From NCBI GenBank assembly GCA_028534125.1, contig CM052821.1, positions 56,296,001 through 56,360,000 of the forward strand: 64,000 bases of DNA, written 5' to 3'. This DNA comes from Lama glama. Lineage: Eukaryota. Below are positions 1 to 11,590 of this stretch, one piece after another. Both the position numbers and the translations under genes were made by a program. The notes below the pieces were generated by a model that searched no databases, was not told the origin of the DNA, and saw only the letters and a list, made by a program, of their open reading frames with translations. How positions within the stretch are numbered: the stretch's first letter is position 1; every line of letters begins with the position of its first letter.

Positions 1-904
1 TGTCGGGGGAGGCGCAGAGGCCTGGGCTCGCTGGAATCATCCCCTGGAGGAGTGCCGAGCTCTCCAGGGCGTGTCCTGTCCCTGCGCATCCGAGCCCGCC
101 GGGCGGCCGCAGCGCGGGCTGCCTGCCCGTCTGCCCGCTGAGCTGGATGGTGACCTGCCGGCCGCGGCAGCCTTTGCTGGTGGATACAGCTGCAGTATTC
201 CTCGTTCACCATGGCAGGAAATAAGAAGTAAAGAAATGGTCAGAAAGCTCAGAATCGTGAAACTCACTGCGTGCGTGGGAGGAGGGTAACCAGCCCGAGA
301 GGGAGAAAAACAAGCCAGCTGCTCCGTCCCCGGAGAGCGCGCGGCGGTCGGCTCCCGTGCGTGAGGAGGGCGCCTGCACGTCCCCCGAGGTGGACGTGTG
401 CGCGGGCGCGGTCACGGCGGCAGGAAGGACGGCGGCGTCGGGCGGGGGGGGGCTCCGCCTGTGTGCACGGGGGCCTTGTGTGCTGGGCACCCCCTTCCTG
501 GGCAGGTGGCCGGGAGACGGCCACGTCACGTCGCGGCTGGCGGGGAGCGAGGGGGCGAGCTGCTCGCGTAGTCTCCTTCGTCACCTCATCCTAGTAACAA
601 ACGCTGAGGCTATGTTCTCGGTCCAGCTGAGTCTTTATTCAAAGCTCTCTTTAAAGTGTGAAACTTGAAGTAATTTACATGTGCACAAAATACAGAAGGT
701 TACACGCTGTGACCACTTGATCATCCATGTCTCAGTAGAGGACACTTTTCTTTTACTTCACTTTGTCTTCTGGCATCTGGAACCCTTGCGGGGCTCTCTC
801 TCCTGCAGGTCTTGGTGGGACAAGGCCCTCCCACCGCACCCCCCGCCTCCCCCACTGCAGGCGGAGCCGGGCCGGGGCTCACACCTGCAGGGGGGTGACT
901 GAGG

Positions 905-2870
905 GGGCCCAGAGTCCTGACGACCAGAGATACATGCAAAGGGTAATGTATTTTGGCCAAGTTAAGATTATCCCAGAAATGAAAGATTGATTTAATATTT
1001 TTAAAAATCGACCCATGTAATTCACCGCCTTAACAGAATAGAGAAGAAAGCCAATGATTGACCCAATATTTCATAAAAATTGTTCAATGAAATTTAAAGT
1101 CTATATACAACCAAAACTTACAGCAAACAGGGCACAGAAAGAACCTCCTTCATGTCACAAAGGACACCCACCAAAAAGCCAACGGCAGAGATTACACCCA
1201 ACGGTGGAAGGGTTTCCCCTAAAATCAGGCCCGAGACACGGTCTCCACCACCACCACCACCACCACCACCACCGCTCACGTTCCAGCATCGTCCTGGAGA
1301 CTCTCAACCGTCCCAGTAACAGAAAGACATGTATAGGAATTGAAAGCAAGGAAGTGGAATTACCCTTACTTGCGGGTAACACGATCATGAGTGAGGACGT
1401 CCGAGGGAGTCTAGGAACAGATCATGAGAACTAGTTTGCAGATTTAGTGAGGTCAGTGTAATATTTCCATACACAAGTGACCAACAATTAAACAATGAAT
1501 TTTTAAATTACCATTTACAATAGCATCAACAAATCAAAACCTGCGTGACAGATGTGCATGACATCCGCCCTAAAAACCCACAAAACCTGCTGAGAGAAAC
1601 TGCGGAGGCTCTGAGTGAATGTGCGGAAGAACCACGTTCGTGGACTGGAAGGCGCAGTATTGTCGGCTCCACTCGTGCTGATCTATAAATTCATTGTGAT
1701 TCCATTTAAGACTCCTGTGTAGTTTCTTGTCAAAACGTACGAGTTGATGTTCAAATTGATAGAGAAAAATCAGAGGACACACAGGCACCAAGACCCCCAG
1801 ATTCCAGGGCTCTCTGTGTTGTCCCCGCGGGGCCGTGGAGACCCGCAGAGGAGGGTGGGGGACGGGAGGAGCGCCACGTGCGCAGTCGTTTGGTTCTGAC
1901 AAAACGCCGGGGACGTGCCGGGGGACGAAGGGGCCATCTCTCTTTCTCAAACGATTTGCTCCCTTGGAAAAGAACAAATCTCCACTCCTGGAGATTTAAA
2001 TGACCATTTCCCTAAACGTAAAAGCAAAAACTCTCAATCTTTCATAATTACATGAGCTTGAGGTAGGCAGCAACTGCTTAACCAGGACACTAAAATCCTA
2101 ACTATGCAGGTTTTATTTTTGAAATTTGATAAATTGGACATAAAACAAAAAACTTTTTGCTTCTCACATTAAAAAGGTGAGCCGTCTGACTTTTCACTCC
2201 GAGGGCGGATGTTCAGTCTGTACCTGAAGAAGGAAGCACTCAGACCACGTACGGGACGCCTGCCCGCCTGTGGGAAACGACGGTCGGTGTGAAAGTGCAG
2301 ACAGAAGGCCCCCCGAGCTCTTCACTGCGGAAGATGCTCACGTGGCTGAGGGCAGCTACCGGGGGCTCAGGATGAAAACCAGTCAGAAAGACAAAGATTA
2401 AAACCACAAGACAGGACGGTTCACCCACGAGGACGGCTCGAGCTAAAGTGACTGGAGACACCAAGCTTCAGCAAGGACGTGGAGGGGCCGGGACGCCACA
2501 CCGGGGGAGGGGGCGCGGGCGACCGTGTTGGAAAGCTGGCGGCGTTCCCCGGCAAAGCCAGGCCCCTCCCCCGCGGACCAGGGCCCCGCTGTCAGGGACG
2601 TGCCTCCAGAGACACAGATATTCACGGCAGCCTCTGTTTACAAACCTCAAAACCCCAAAAAGCTCCGGTCAGTGAACAGGACCAGAGACACGGAAGCCGG
2701 CGCGCTCACGCCGGCACAGCCCGGGCGGAGCGGGAAGGGGCCGGCGCGCACGGAGGCTCCAGCGCGAGACGCGAGGGAAGCCAGGCCGGGCGGGCACTGC
2801 CCAGCGTGTGTGCACCTCTGACTTGTGTGGTTTACTGCATTCAAAGCACGCTGCAGTTTTTAAAAGAGAT
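905..2870 (+). mobile_element. Ancient LINE-1 (L1M-type) fragment: decayed ORF2 plus 3' region
   Basis: ORF 1054..1434 reads 'GFPLKSGPRHG...SSIVLETLNRPSNRKTCIGIESKEVELPLLAGNTIM', which aligns by eye to L1 ORF2 RT 'AFPLRSGTRQG...[38 protein letters not shown]'. The A-rich L1-like sequence continues downstream with many stops and frameshifts. Confidence 0.85.
1245..1273 (+). repeat. (CAC)n trinucleotide microsatellite inside the L1
   Basis: Perfect ccaccaccac... run, about 9-10 units. Confidence 0.95.
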
Positions 2871-2874
2871 AACA

Positions 2875-3060
2875 GCCTGTAAATGTACCAAAATGTTACC
2901 GTGCACTTCAGGCAGAAGACAAACCTCAAAGCTAACTGAGACGTAAACAGTGACGTGCACTCAATCAGGGAAGCGTTTTCTGCTTTCTCTTTTTCTGTAC
3001 CTTCCAGTTTTCCTTCAGTGATTATGCCTTCACTTTAAATTCACTTTTAAAATTAAGAAA
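2875..3060 (+). mobile_element. L1ME-like 3' end fragment
   Basis: 'accaaaatgttacc...ttttctgtacccttccagttttccttcagtgattatg' resembles L1ME 3' UTR ends as I recall them. Confidence 0.45.
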
Positions 3061-3264
3061 AAGGGCCTGTGTATGTAAATACGTATGTATTTACAAGAGT
3101 TGGTATTTTGTGATGGAGTGGCATTTTAATGTTTATGTCTTGAAAAATCAAATTCAGTAAATAAGTGTGATTCAGGCACACAGGCACCTCCTAGCCATCC
3201 CTTCCAACCAGCCTCCCGGGTTAACAGACCCCAGCCCGGTCTTCTGCGTGGTGTGACTAACCTC

Positions 3265-3772
3265 ACGAGCACAGTGGCCGGGCTCTCCACTGGGGTCTCA
3301 CAAGGCTGAAATCGAGGTGCCCGTGGGCTGTGGTCCACCTGGAGCGTGGGTTCCTCTTCCAGGCCCGTTCAGGGACTGGCAGAACTCGGTTTCCTGGGAT
3401 GATGGTGCTTGGGTCCCAGACTTCCTGCTGGCTGTAGGCCAGGGTTGGCTCCCAACAGCTAGAGGCCACTCACGTCCTGGCCGCAGGCCTCCCTCTGCTC
3501 AGATGAAGCATGGAGCTCGGCCACCGGCTTCCTGCAGGCTCTGACAGCTCATCTTCTTTCCAGATGCTCCCCTGATTAGGCCAGGCCCACCCAGGTCAGC
3601 TCCCTTTCAACTAACTCAAAGTCAGCTGCTTAGTAACTAATCACTGGAGGGACACCCCATCATATCCAGCCCCTCCCCTCACACACACGGACGAGGGGAA
3701 GAGATGATTCAGGTGGTATACACTGCAGCGGGGGCAGGGATCTTGGGGTCCCCTGAGAATCCTGCTCGTGTA
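3265..3772 (-). mobile_element. MaLR LTR, MLT1E/MLT1F-like
   Basis: 'gattaggccaggcccacccagg...aactcaaagtcagctg...ggatcttggggtcccctgagaatcctgc' and 'ggtctcacaaggctgaaatcgaggtg' match the reverse strand of the MLT1E/F consensus. Confidence 0.8.
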
Positions 3773-4129
3773 GACATCATGTTGAAATAGGCGCCTTTCC
3801 TACACGTACACACACGAAGCCTCTGCAAAACCGCGGGCCCAGAGCCACGACAGCTGAGGGCCTGCGGCGCCTCTCGTGTGAGTGAGGCTCAGGATTCAGG
3901 GGCTCTCATCTGCCTGCAGGTTAGCCACCCCCATCTCAGGCCCCCTGGAGCTGCATGAGCCTGCGTCCCAGAGGTGTGCGTCCTCACCTGGCACCTGAGG
4001 ACAGGTGCCTCCCTCCCACTCGATCGGGGAGAGGCTGTGCAGAGGGAGGCTATCCCGGCCGGGTCTCTGCTCCTGGCAGTCCTGGTAGAGAGCGAGTGAT
4101 GGATAACGTGGTGGGGTGGCGCCAGGGAT

Positions 4130-4320
4130 ACTGAGGAGCTAACGTCTGTGGTTTGGGAAAATCCTCCTGGAATGGAGGGCCTCAGGACACAGAGGGAGGT
4201 GATGGAGCTGGCCTTCTGGGTGGGCACAGCGGCCAGGGTGAGAGGGATGTCCAGGCAGGATGCACTGGGGGCCACCCAAGGAAAGGTGGGCGAGGGAACT
4301 GGGTATGCACTCAGGGTCAC
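4130..4320 (-). mobile_element. L2 remnant
   Basis: 'gggaggtgatggagctggccttctgg...gggatgtccaggcagg' resembles antisense L2; highly diverged. Confidence 0.4.
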
Positions 4321-4701
4321 GAAAGTCCTGCATAACCGTTCGGATGTCAGGTGTTCAGCGAACAGAAGCCAGGAGGGACCCCAGAGCTGGTGGGAGCGGG
4401 CAGGGCTGGTGCTGTGGGCTTGGTCCCCAGCCTGGGGGTGTCTGGGGGGAAGGGCCTGCATCCTGACCCCACCTTCTGCCTTCCGCCCCCAGCAGCTGGG
4501 GCCTGGGACGGGGGAGGTAGCGGACGGCAGGAGGGCACATTTCTGGCTTTGCCGGGACATCCTGACCAGGCATAGGTGTCCAGTGTCCCCGGCTGGCTCG
4601 GTTGGAAGCAAATCCTAGTGGACAGGAGCTCAGGCAAGGTAGGGACTTGATTTAGGAACTGCAAACAGATCTTGGTAAGCCGGAGAAAATGACCGATTCC
4701 T

Positions 4702-4715
4702 GCTACCATAGTAAC
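4702..4715. promoter_or_regulatory. RFX X-box-like motif
   Basis: GCTACCATAGTAAC compared with the consensus GTTRCCATGGYAAC. Confidence 0.4.
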
Positions 4716-6745
4716 AGAGCCCGTGGTGGGAAGCCCAGAGGGGCGACCAGAGGCCAGCCGCAATTACCCATGTCTTGTTTTCTTCCATAGAGATGCTTCT
4801 GCCGCTGCTTTTAACCAGTTCCCAGCCCGGCTGCGGTGGGGGTGGGGGCGGTGCTGAGCCCAGACTGAGGGCTTCCTCCAGGGCCTCGGGTGGGAACGGG
4901 CCCCACTCCCCACACCAGCCTGCGACATTCCAGCCCAGTCTGAGTCCCCTCCACCGAAACCCCTTCTGTGCTAGCTGGGTTCTCCACTGGCCCCCTGCTG
5001 GGCTGGCCCTGGTCCCGGCAGGTCCAGGCCCTTCCTGCACCATATGCATCCTCACCCGCCGCCCAGGCACCCACCCACCCCGCGGGCGCGCCGTCTTTCC
5101 GAGGCCTGGTGCCTCATCTGTGTCCAGGTGCACAGCTGTAGCCAAGCTGGGGGAAAGGGGCTCCAGGGGGACAGGGGAGAACTCATTTTTATCAGGAAAT
5201 CCACAGGTTCTGATCAGGCTCCTGAAACCATAGTCAGTCATCAACCGGCCTGAACGGGTGCCAGGACCTGCCCGTAAGGAGGGGAGGTGCCTCAGGGCAG
5301 GGGCGGTTGTCAGTTCAGTTGAAGAGTGGTGGGCTTGGAGTCGAGGCGGCAGCTCGGGCCTGAGGTTCAGGGACGGCGTCTGAAAGGTGCGGTGAAGCCA
5401 GCCGGGGTGCAAAAGGGCCCAGCCTGCCAACAGTGCCCCACCCAGCGCGGCCACCGCAGACACCAGAGCTCGCAGAGCTAGGGCCAAACAGAGAAGGCTC
5501 CCTTGCCGGTCCCAGGGCCACGCGTGTCCCTGGGAAGCAGAATCCGGGTGCTGGTGAGTGTCAGAGGCATCCGGAGCTCAGGGCTCTGCTGGGTGGCGGG
5601 AGAGCTGGCGCCTGCCCTCGGGGAAGTTCGTGGTGTTATCTGCTGCCTTTCAACATGCCGTACCTTCTGGCCCTGCAGTCCTCCTCCTAGGAAGCACCCA
5701 AGTAACCGCTCGCCAAGAGATGCAGCTGAGACTGCGGGCGGCAGCCCATCCACAGTGAAAACCCAGGCCATTCAAACGCATCTTCAAATAAAGAAGCATT
5801 TCATTAAAGAGGACGACAGGGAAGTCAGGTCAGGGCGGTGGCTTCAGGGCCCGAAGAGGACTTGAGTGTCAGGGCATGGCCAGGTCCTCCTGAAAGTCAG
5901 AGCATTTGAGATGAGGCCCTGTCACTTGTCACCTCAGCCCCTGGACATCCAGGGCCTGGTGACAGAGAGTGGGTCCCCGCCAGGAGCTTCCAACTGAAGA
6001 CAGGAGGCTGTTCCAGGTTCAGGGCCCTGTTGCAACCAGAGAGACGGCAAAGGAGGCCCTGGGAAGGGCAGTGTCCCCACTCAGTCCCTGGACACCTCCT
6101 TTCCAGGGGTCCGGCTTGCCCCACCAGCCCCCATCCCACCGTGTGAAGCTTGGGACAGAACAGAGCTGCTGGGGTGACCTTCCATGGGTATCCTGCTGCC
6201 CAGGGCTCGAGCCAGCTGAACATCCCGCCAGGGGCCTTGGAGACAGAGGGCAGTGATGCCCCGTCCAGTGGGGCATGTGGTGTAGCTTCAGCAGGGGAGG
6301 CTCCCTCTGGGTCCTCTGCTCCTCCCCTGAGTAGAGAGGTCGGGAGTGGAGGCCGGTGAGTGACCACCTGCAGAGGGGTTTTCCCCGAATTCCCTGAGAT
6401 CGTGCTCAGGGAGAGACGCTGGTTTGGCCTCTGATTGGCTGGACCTGGAGTGGCTACCCCTTCGCTTAAAGTTCAAACTCTCAGGCCCCTGGGCAGCTTT
6501 TCAATAATCTGTGCCAGATCTGGTGGCCAACACGAGTGGCAGCCTGGGGCTGGGTTCCCCCACAGATGGGGGCCCGGTGGAGAAAGCACGGCCCAGCCCT
6601 GCTGCTGCCCCACCCGAGGATAGTCCTCGTCCAGTCCGGCTCCTCCTCTCCTGCTCTTTTGCTTCAGAAAAAGGACAGAATTTCCCATAGTTCTCACGGT
6701 GGTGCCCAGATGGAACCATGCCCCTCGGGCCCTCGCCTGCCCCCC

Positions 6746-6763
6746 CACCCCCCAGAGGGCGCT
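6746..6763 (+). promoter_or_regulatory. Candidate CTCF site
   Basis: CCCCCAGAGGGCGCT compared with the CTCF core CCASYAGRKGGCRS. Confidence 0.4.
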
Positions 6764-6819
6764 TTCCCGGCGCTGGGACCAGGAGCTCGCGGCAGGGATG
6801 CAAACAGCGGCAAATGCAG

Positions 6820-7150
6820 ATGTCACACAGCGCGCCGCTAATTACCAGCAACGTGTAGGAGCAAATTGAGAAATGATGGATTTAATAAATTCCTACATTT
6901 TTTGTTTACACCAACAGCGATTTGGGTGCGGGAGGGTGGGGACGTGCCCGGCATGCGGAGCTGCACCTGCCTCCCTGCCGCCTCTGCCGCCTTTGGGGGC
7001 TGAGCAGACAGGAGAGCAAATGGATAATTGCATTTCCTCCCCACGTGTGGCCGCGGGGACATTTTTAAGGAGGAGGCAGCATGGAATCCTGTTTAACCTC
7101 AGACAGCTACACGGCGCTAGGGGAGCAGCTCGGTGCGCGGTGAATCACAG
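6820..7150. promoter_or_regulatory. Candidate conserved enhancer (AT-rich, non-repetitive island)
   Basis: Contains CTAATTA, Pbx-Hox-type TGATGGAT (6874-6881), forkhead TGTTTAC (6903-6909) and GATAATTG in GC-rich surroundings. Conservation was not tested. Confidence 0.45.
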
Positions 7151-7900
7151 CTGTCCAGCCTCACCGGGCGCTGGCCAGGCCCCACGAGGCTGAGGGACCA
7201 GCTCTGTCTGGGGAAGAATCCAGCTGCCCTGGAGGACATCAGTGGGAACTGGCTGCTGATCAGAGTCGTGCTCGGCTGGGAAGACCCCGGTCCAGCCCTC
7301 CCTCCGCCCACCACCGGGCGCGGCTGAGCCAGCCTGAACCTCTTCCAGGCCCTCCTGAGTCCCTAATTCGGTGCGGAGGCCCCAGGCCAGGGGCCCCAGA
7401 GGGCTCGGGCCTTCCTGCTAAGGCGTCTCCTGGGGCATCCAGAGAGAAAGGGGGCTGAGAACTGGCCTTTGAGCCTCACGAGAGGAGAGGCCACGGCCTC
7501 CCCGCGCACCACAGGGAGCCCCGCACTCCCGCGAGGCCAGGCATCTCACCAGGGCCAGCTCTGACCCCAACCTGTGTCTCCTTCCCCGGGTCCCCCCAGG
7601 CTCCTGGCACCCCGGTCTGGATGTTTGGGGCCGTCAGTGCGGCTTCTCGGACGCGTGGCCTGTGTGTGTCTCCCCCTCCCCCTCCAGGCCCCTGACACAG
7701 CACACACAGGCCCCAGGCCCCCACCAGGCTCACGGAACCCCGCACGCCGGCTGCTCCACCCTGCACGGGCGCGGCCCCACCACCAGGCCGTCCTCCTGGG
7801 CTGCCCACTGACCGACAGACGCGCCTCGGTCCCAGCGAGGCTTAGTCCCTCATGGGTAAAGGAGCCCTGCTGCGCCCCCTGCAGGCAGAGAAGCACCCGA

Positions 7901-8021
7901 GTCCTGGGGTGGAGCCCAAGTCCTGGGGTGGAGCCTGGTGCCCTGGGGTGGAGCCCAAGTCCTCAAATGAAGCCCGGTGTCCTGGGATGGAGCCTGAGTC
8001 CTGGGGTGGAGCCCGGTGTCC
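7901..8021 (+). repeat. Minisatellite with alternating 19/20-bp units (39-bp higher order x3)
   Basis: Six units of the type gtcctggggtggagcccaa / gtcctggggtggagccYggt. Confidence 0.9.
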
Positions 8022-8234
8022 AGCGTGTCTCCTCCCTCCGCTTGGCGTCAGAGTCCCAGGGCCCAGTTAGCATTCCAGGCGCCAGGCCACGGCTGACAGC
8101 GGCGGCTCAGCACAATTTACAGCCTTATTTCCTGTTACAAACTTGACTTCAGAGATGATGAACGGGGCGCAGGTCCCCAGCTGCAACATCGCCCTGCCGG
8201 GGGGCCGAGCACACTGCCCTGCTCAGACCCGCGT

Positions 8235-8266
8235 CCGGAGATGCCTGCGCCCGGAGATGCCTGCGC
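8235..8266 (+). repeat. Perfect 16-bp tandem duplication
   Basis: ccggagatgcctgcgc x2. Confidence 0.9.
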
Positions 8267-10429
8267 CCGTCCTGGGCACCTTGGCCCCGCCTCCTGGTCC
8301 CAATGGCTGCTCCCGTCACCACTGCGGGGCCCAGCCCAGCGCCCAGGGAACAGCGCTCCTAGAACAGCAGTGCCCACGCCCCCATCCGGCTTCCATCTGT
8401 CCGAGCACTGTGCCCACAGTAAGCAGCCCCTCCTGCTGTGACCTCTGGGGGAGGGACCCTGCCACCCCCTCAGGGGCAGCGAAGCTCCGAGATTATGAGG
8501 CTGGAAGCAGAGGCTTGGCCCAGCCCGTGGGGCTCAGCCGGGAGGTACCTGTGGGGCCAGCGGGCCAGCCCCCTGTCCCAGCACACAGCACACAGCACAC
8601 AGGTCGTCAGGTCAGCAGCTGCTAGTGATCGTCCAGGAGCGCGTCGGACCAGTGAACGGAGGCATGGATCCCTGAGACGCGAGTTCACCTCTTCCTGGTT
8701 CCGCCCCACACCGAGTCCGCTGGATTTCCGGGGCCACTACCGGGGTCCGGTGTGTGCCATGCGCACAGCACTGAGGGGGCCGAGGTGGAGTCTGGGGGCT
8801 TGTCCACAGAGCCCCTGCCCTGGGTGTGGGGGCCAGAGCTAAGGTCCGATCAGGGGATGCTCAGGGAGCTTCCGGAACCAGGCGGAATCTCCCTGGTGGA
8901 GGAGGCTTTGGTGTGGAACACAGGGACCCCAGAGGGAGGGGGCCGGGGGGAGAGTCCCCCGGAGCTTCTTCAGGGATGGAGGGAGAGGCCAGGGCCGGGG
9001 GAAGGGGCGAGGGCTGCCTGGAGGAGGAGGAAGGTGATTAGAGCCTGGCAACCGAGCCCTGCACACGGCAACTTGGGCCTGGGCCCGGCCTGGAGGGCCC
9101 TGCACACTGTGGAGACCAAGGAAGCTGTCTGTCCAGTGCCTGGCCAGGTTCCCAGGTCAGACCCTGACGCCCAGACAAGCGGCCGTCAGAGCTGGGAGGC
9201 GAGGTTGAGAGTAGCAGGTGGAAACGGGGAAGGAGGATGCCATCTGCCTCCCCCCACCAGCTCTCTGCACCCCCTGCTGGGCAGGTATAGGGGGCTGGGC
9301 GGAAGGCCAGGGGACCCTGACCTCCCGCTCTGTCAACACCCCCTCCCCCACGTCTGGTTCCAGCTGGTGACTCTGGGAGACACCGGCTCAGGAAGCAGGC
9401 TGCCCCCACGCAGCTCTGCGCACTCACCTCCCCAGGGCCCTGTTCGCCTGCCGCCTGCCGCTCAGGTGAAGCCGGCCGGTGTGCTACGTGGGGTCCCCTC
9501 TCCCTCCTCTGTCAGAGAGGTCAAGGCCGTCGGGGCATGAGGGTGCTCAGGGCTGGGCAGCTGGGGTGATGTTCCCTCCTCGGGCTCCTGACCCCTGACC
9601 CCAGGAGGACAACTTCCTGACCACAGAGGCCAATACGGTCTGGAGCCCAGAGGAGGGACCAGGCTGGGGACACAGATGGTGGAGCCCGAGCCACACAGGT
9701 GGGGGCCCCGTCTCCCTCCCCCGGCATCCCATCTCACAACTCTGGGAATTCGGGCCAGCGTCTTGGAGGATGGGTCACAGAACGTGCCGGCCCGCCCCAG
9801 GCAGGGTACCATCACCGCCCCCCTCACAGGGGCGGTGCACCCCCCACCCCGACCCAGGCCTTCGGGAGCAGGGCCTGGGCCATCCATCTGAGTTTTAATT
9901 TGGAAATTAGACAGTGTTCCCATTCCATTATGTGGCTGAATTAGTTGCCAAAGCCAGGGGAGCCGGCGAGAGTGCAGGGTGAGCTATGGCTTCATTAATC
10001 CGGGGAGACAGCAGTGGAAGCTGCGAGGCCAGCAAGGTCATTGGAGGAGGGCAGGGGCCAGCAGCCTCTGGACTGGGTATCGCCGGTCCCCCGGGCTCCA
10101 CCCGGGCTGCGAGCTCCTGTCCCCAGAAAGCCCGTCTGGCCTGCCCCCTGCTGCCCGGCGCCTGGGCACCAGGGGGCCCCTGCGCACCAGCTGGACTGTC
10201 TCTTGCACATTCCCTGATACCAGGCTCCCGTGTGAAAGGGGCAGGCAGGCCATGTGGGGGAGGGCTGGGCCAGGTCCCGGCAGAGGCGGAGGTCTTCCCG
10301 TGCCGTGGACGAGGGTGCGGGGTCTCGGGCTCACGCGGGTCTGGCACAAGCCTCCCCCCACTGCTGCCCCCATCACTACTGCTTGCCCCAAGGTTGGGGC
10401 TGTGGGCTGAGGGGCTGTGTGTCAAGATG

Positions 10430-10670
10430 GGCTCAGGGACAGCGGAGGAGAGACACGGGCTCAGAGGAGAAGGCCCAGTGAAGACAGAAAGAGATGGACG
10501 TTGTGGCCACGAGCCAGGAGCACCTGAGAGAGGCGGGAAGGACTCCCCCTGCCGACACCGTGACCTCAGACTTCCGGCCTCTGGACTGTGAGAGAGTGTC
10601 TGCGGTCCTAAGCCACCCGCCGCCCCCCGCCTGCAGTCGTGTGTCAAGACAGCCCCAGGAGGTCTTCCCA
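10430..10670 (+). mobile_element. MaLR LTR fragment, MLT1B/MLT1C-like
   Basis: 'ccctgccgacaccgtgacctcagacttccggcctctggactgtgagag...taagccaccc' is the characteristic MLT1 3' motif. Confidence 0.75.
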
Positions 10671-11121
10671 CGCCCCCCGGGGTCTGACCACTGACCCTCT
10701 GCAGAAGGGGCCCCACGCCCCGGAGCAGGGTCCCCACACAGGCCGGGCACAGCGGCAGACCCGGAACACCGGCTGCCTCCCCCGAAGTCAGGACCGCGTG
10801 GGAGGGGTGAAGGCCGCCTGCGGGTACCAACGAGCTGAGCCAAAAGCCAGGGCCTGGTCACCTGCCCCCTGTAGCCAGTCCCTGTGGCCAGAGACCCGGG
10901 CATGCCCACCTCGCTGAAGCCTCGTGGCTGAGAGTGAAGGGAGGCCCAGCGGAGCGCCTGTCACCGCAGGACGGCGGCCGGAGGCAGCGGGGGCCCCGGT
11001 CCACAGCAGCCCCGTGTCTGCAGAATCAGAATTAGGCCTCCGGGCCTCCCGTGAGCGCACCGCCCTACGGCTTCAGGGGCCAGTTTCAATTTCTTCCTTA
11101 AAATGTATCAAAGTTTCTGTT

Positions 11122-11260
11122 TGACGTGAGGAAGCTGTGGAGCTGGATGGTGGGGAAGTTCACACAGCCTTGTGAGTGTATTTAATGCCACCAACTGAAC
11201 CCTTAAACATGGCTAAAACGGCAAATGTTACATTAACATACATATATTTTATCATAACGA
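11122..11260 (+). mobile_element. L1MB-like 3' end
   Basis: 'ggagctggatggtgggg...gtgtatttaatgccaccaactgaacccttaaacatggctaaaacggcaaat' matches L1MB termini. Confidence 0.75.
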
Positions 11261-11389
11261 GACATGTATTGAAGTCACATATGCACGTGGCCGAAGAACA
11301 AAAACTGAAGGGGCATCGCGCACCTGGCAGCGCCCCGCCCGGCAAGAGCTGCTCAGGGGCTTGCATCCCGGGACCCCCAGGGCCTCTCC

Positions 11390-11590
11390 CAGGGCTCAGC
11401 ACATGGTGGTCCACCCGGCCCCCACCTGTCTTTGTAAATAAAGTTTTATTTACAGCCACGGTCGTTCTCCACCATTCACTTTCTGTGAGACTTTTGCTGA
11501 CTCGAGGGGCTGGGACACAGAAATGGGGCCTCGGCCTCGAGGACCTCGCGGCTGGGCGCTTGGGAGGGGCTCGTGGTCTGTGCTGGACCA
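11390..11590 (+). mobile_element. MER58A-like hAT-Charlie DNA transposon remnant
   Basis: 'cctgtctttgtaaataaagttttatttacagccacg' is the diagnostic MER58 core. Confidence 0.75.

Noticed and set aside
1054-1434. ORF with a poly-His tract
   Set aside because: Decayed L1 ORF2 with a CAC microsatellite, not a gene.
7901-8021. Regularly spaced repeats as a possible CRISPR-like array
   Set aside because: Units are contiguous with no unique spacers, there are no cas genes, and the context is mammalian.
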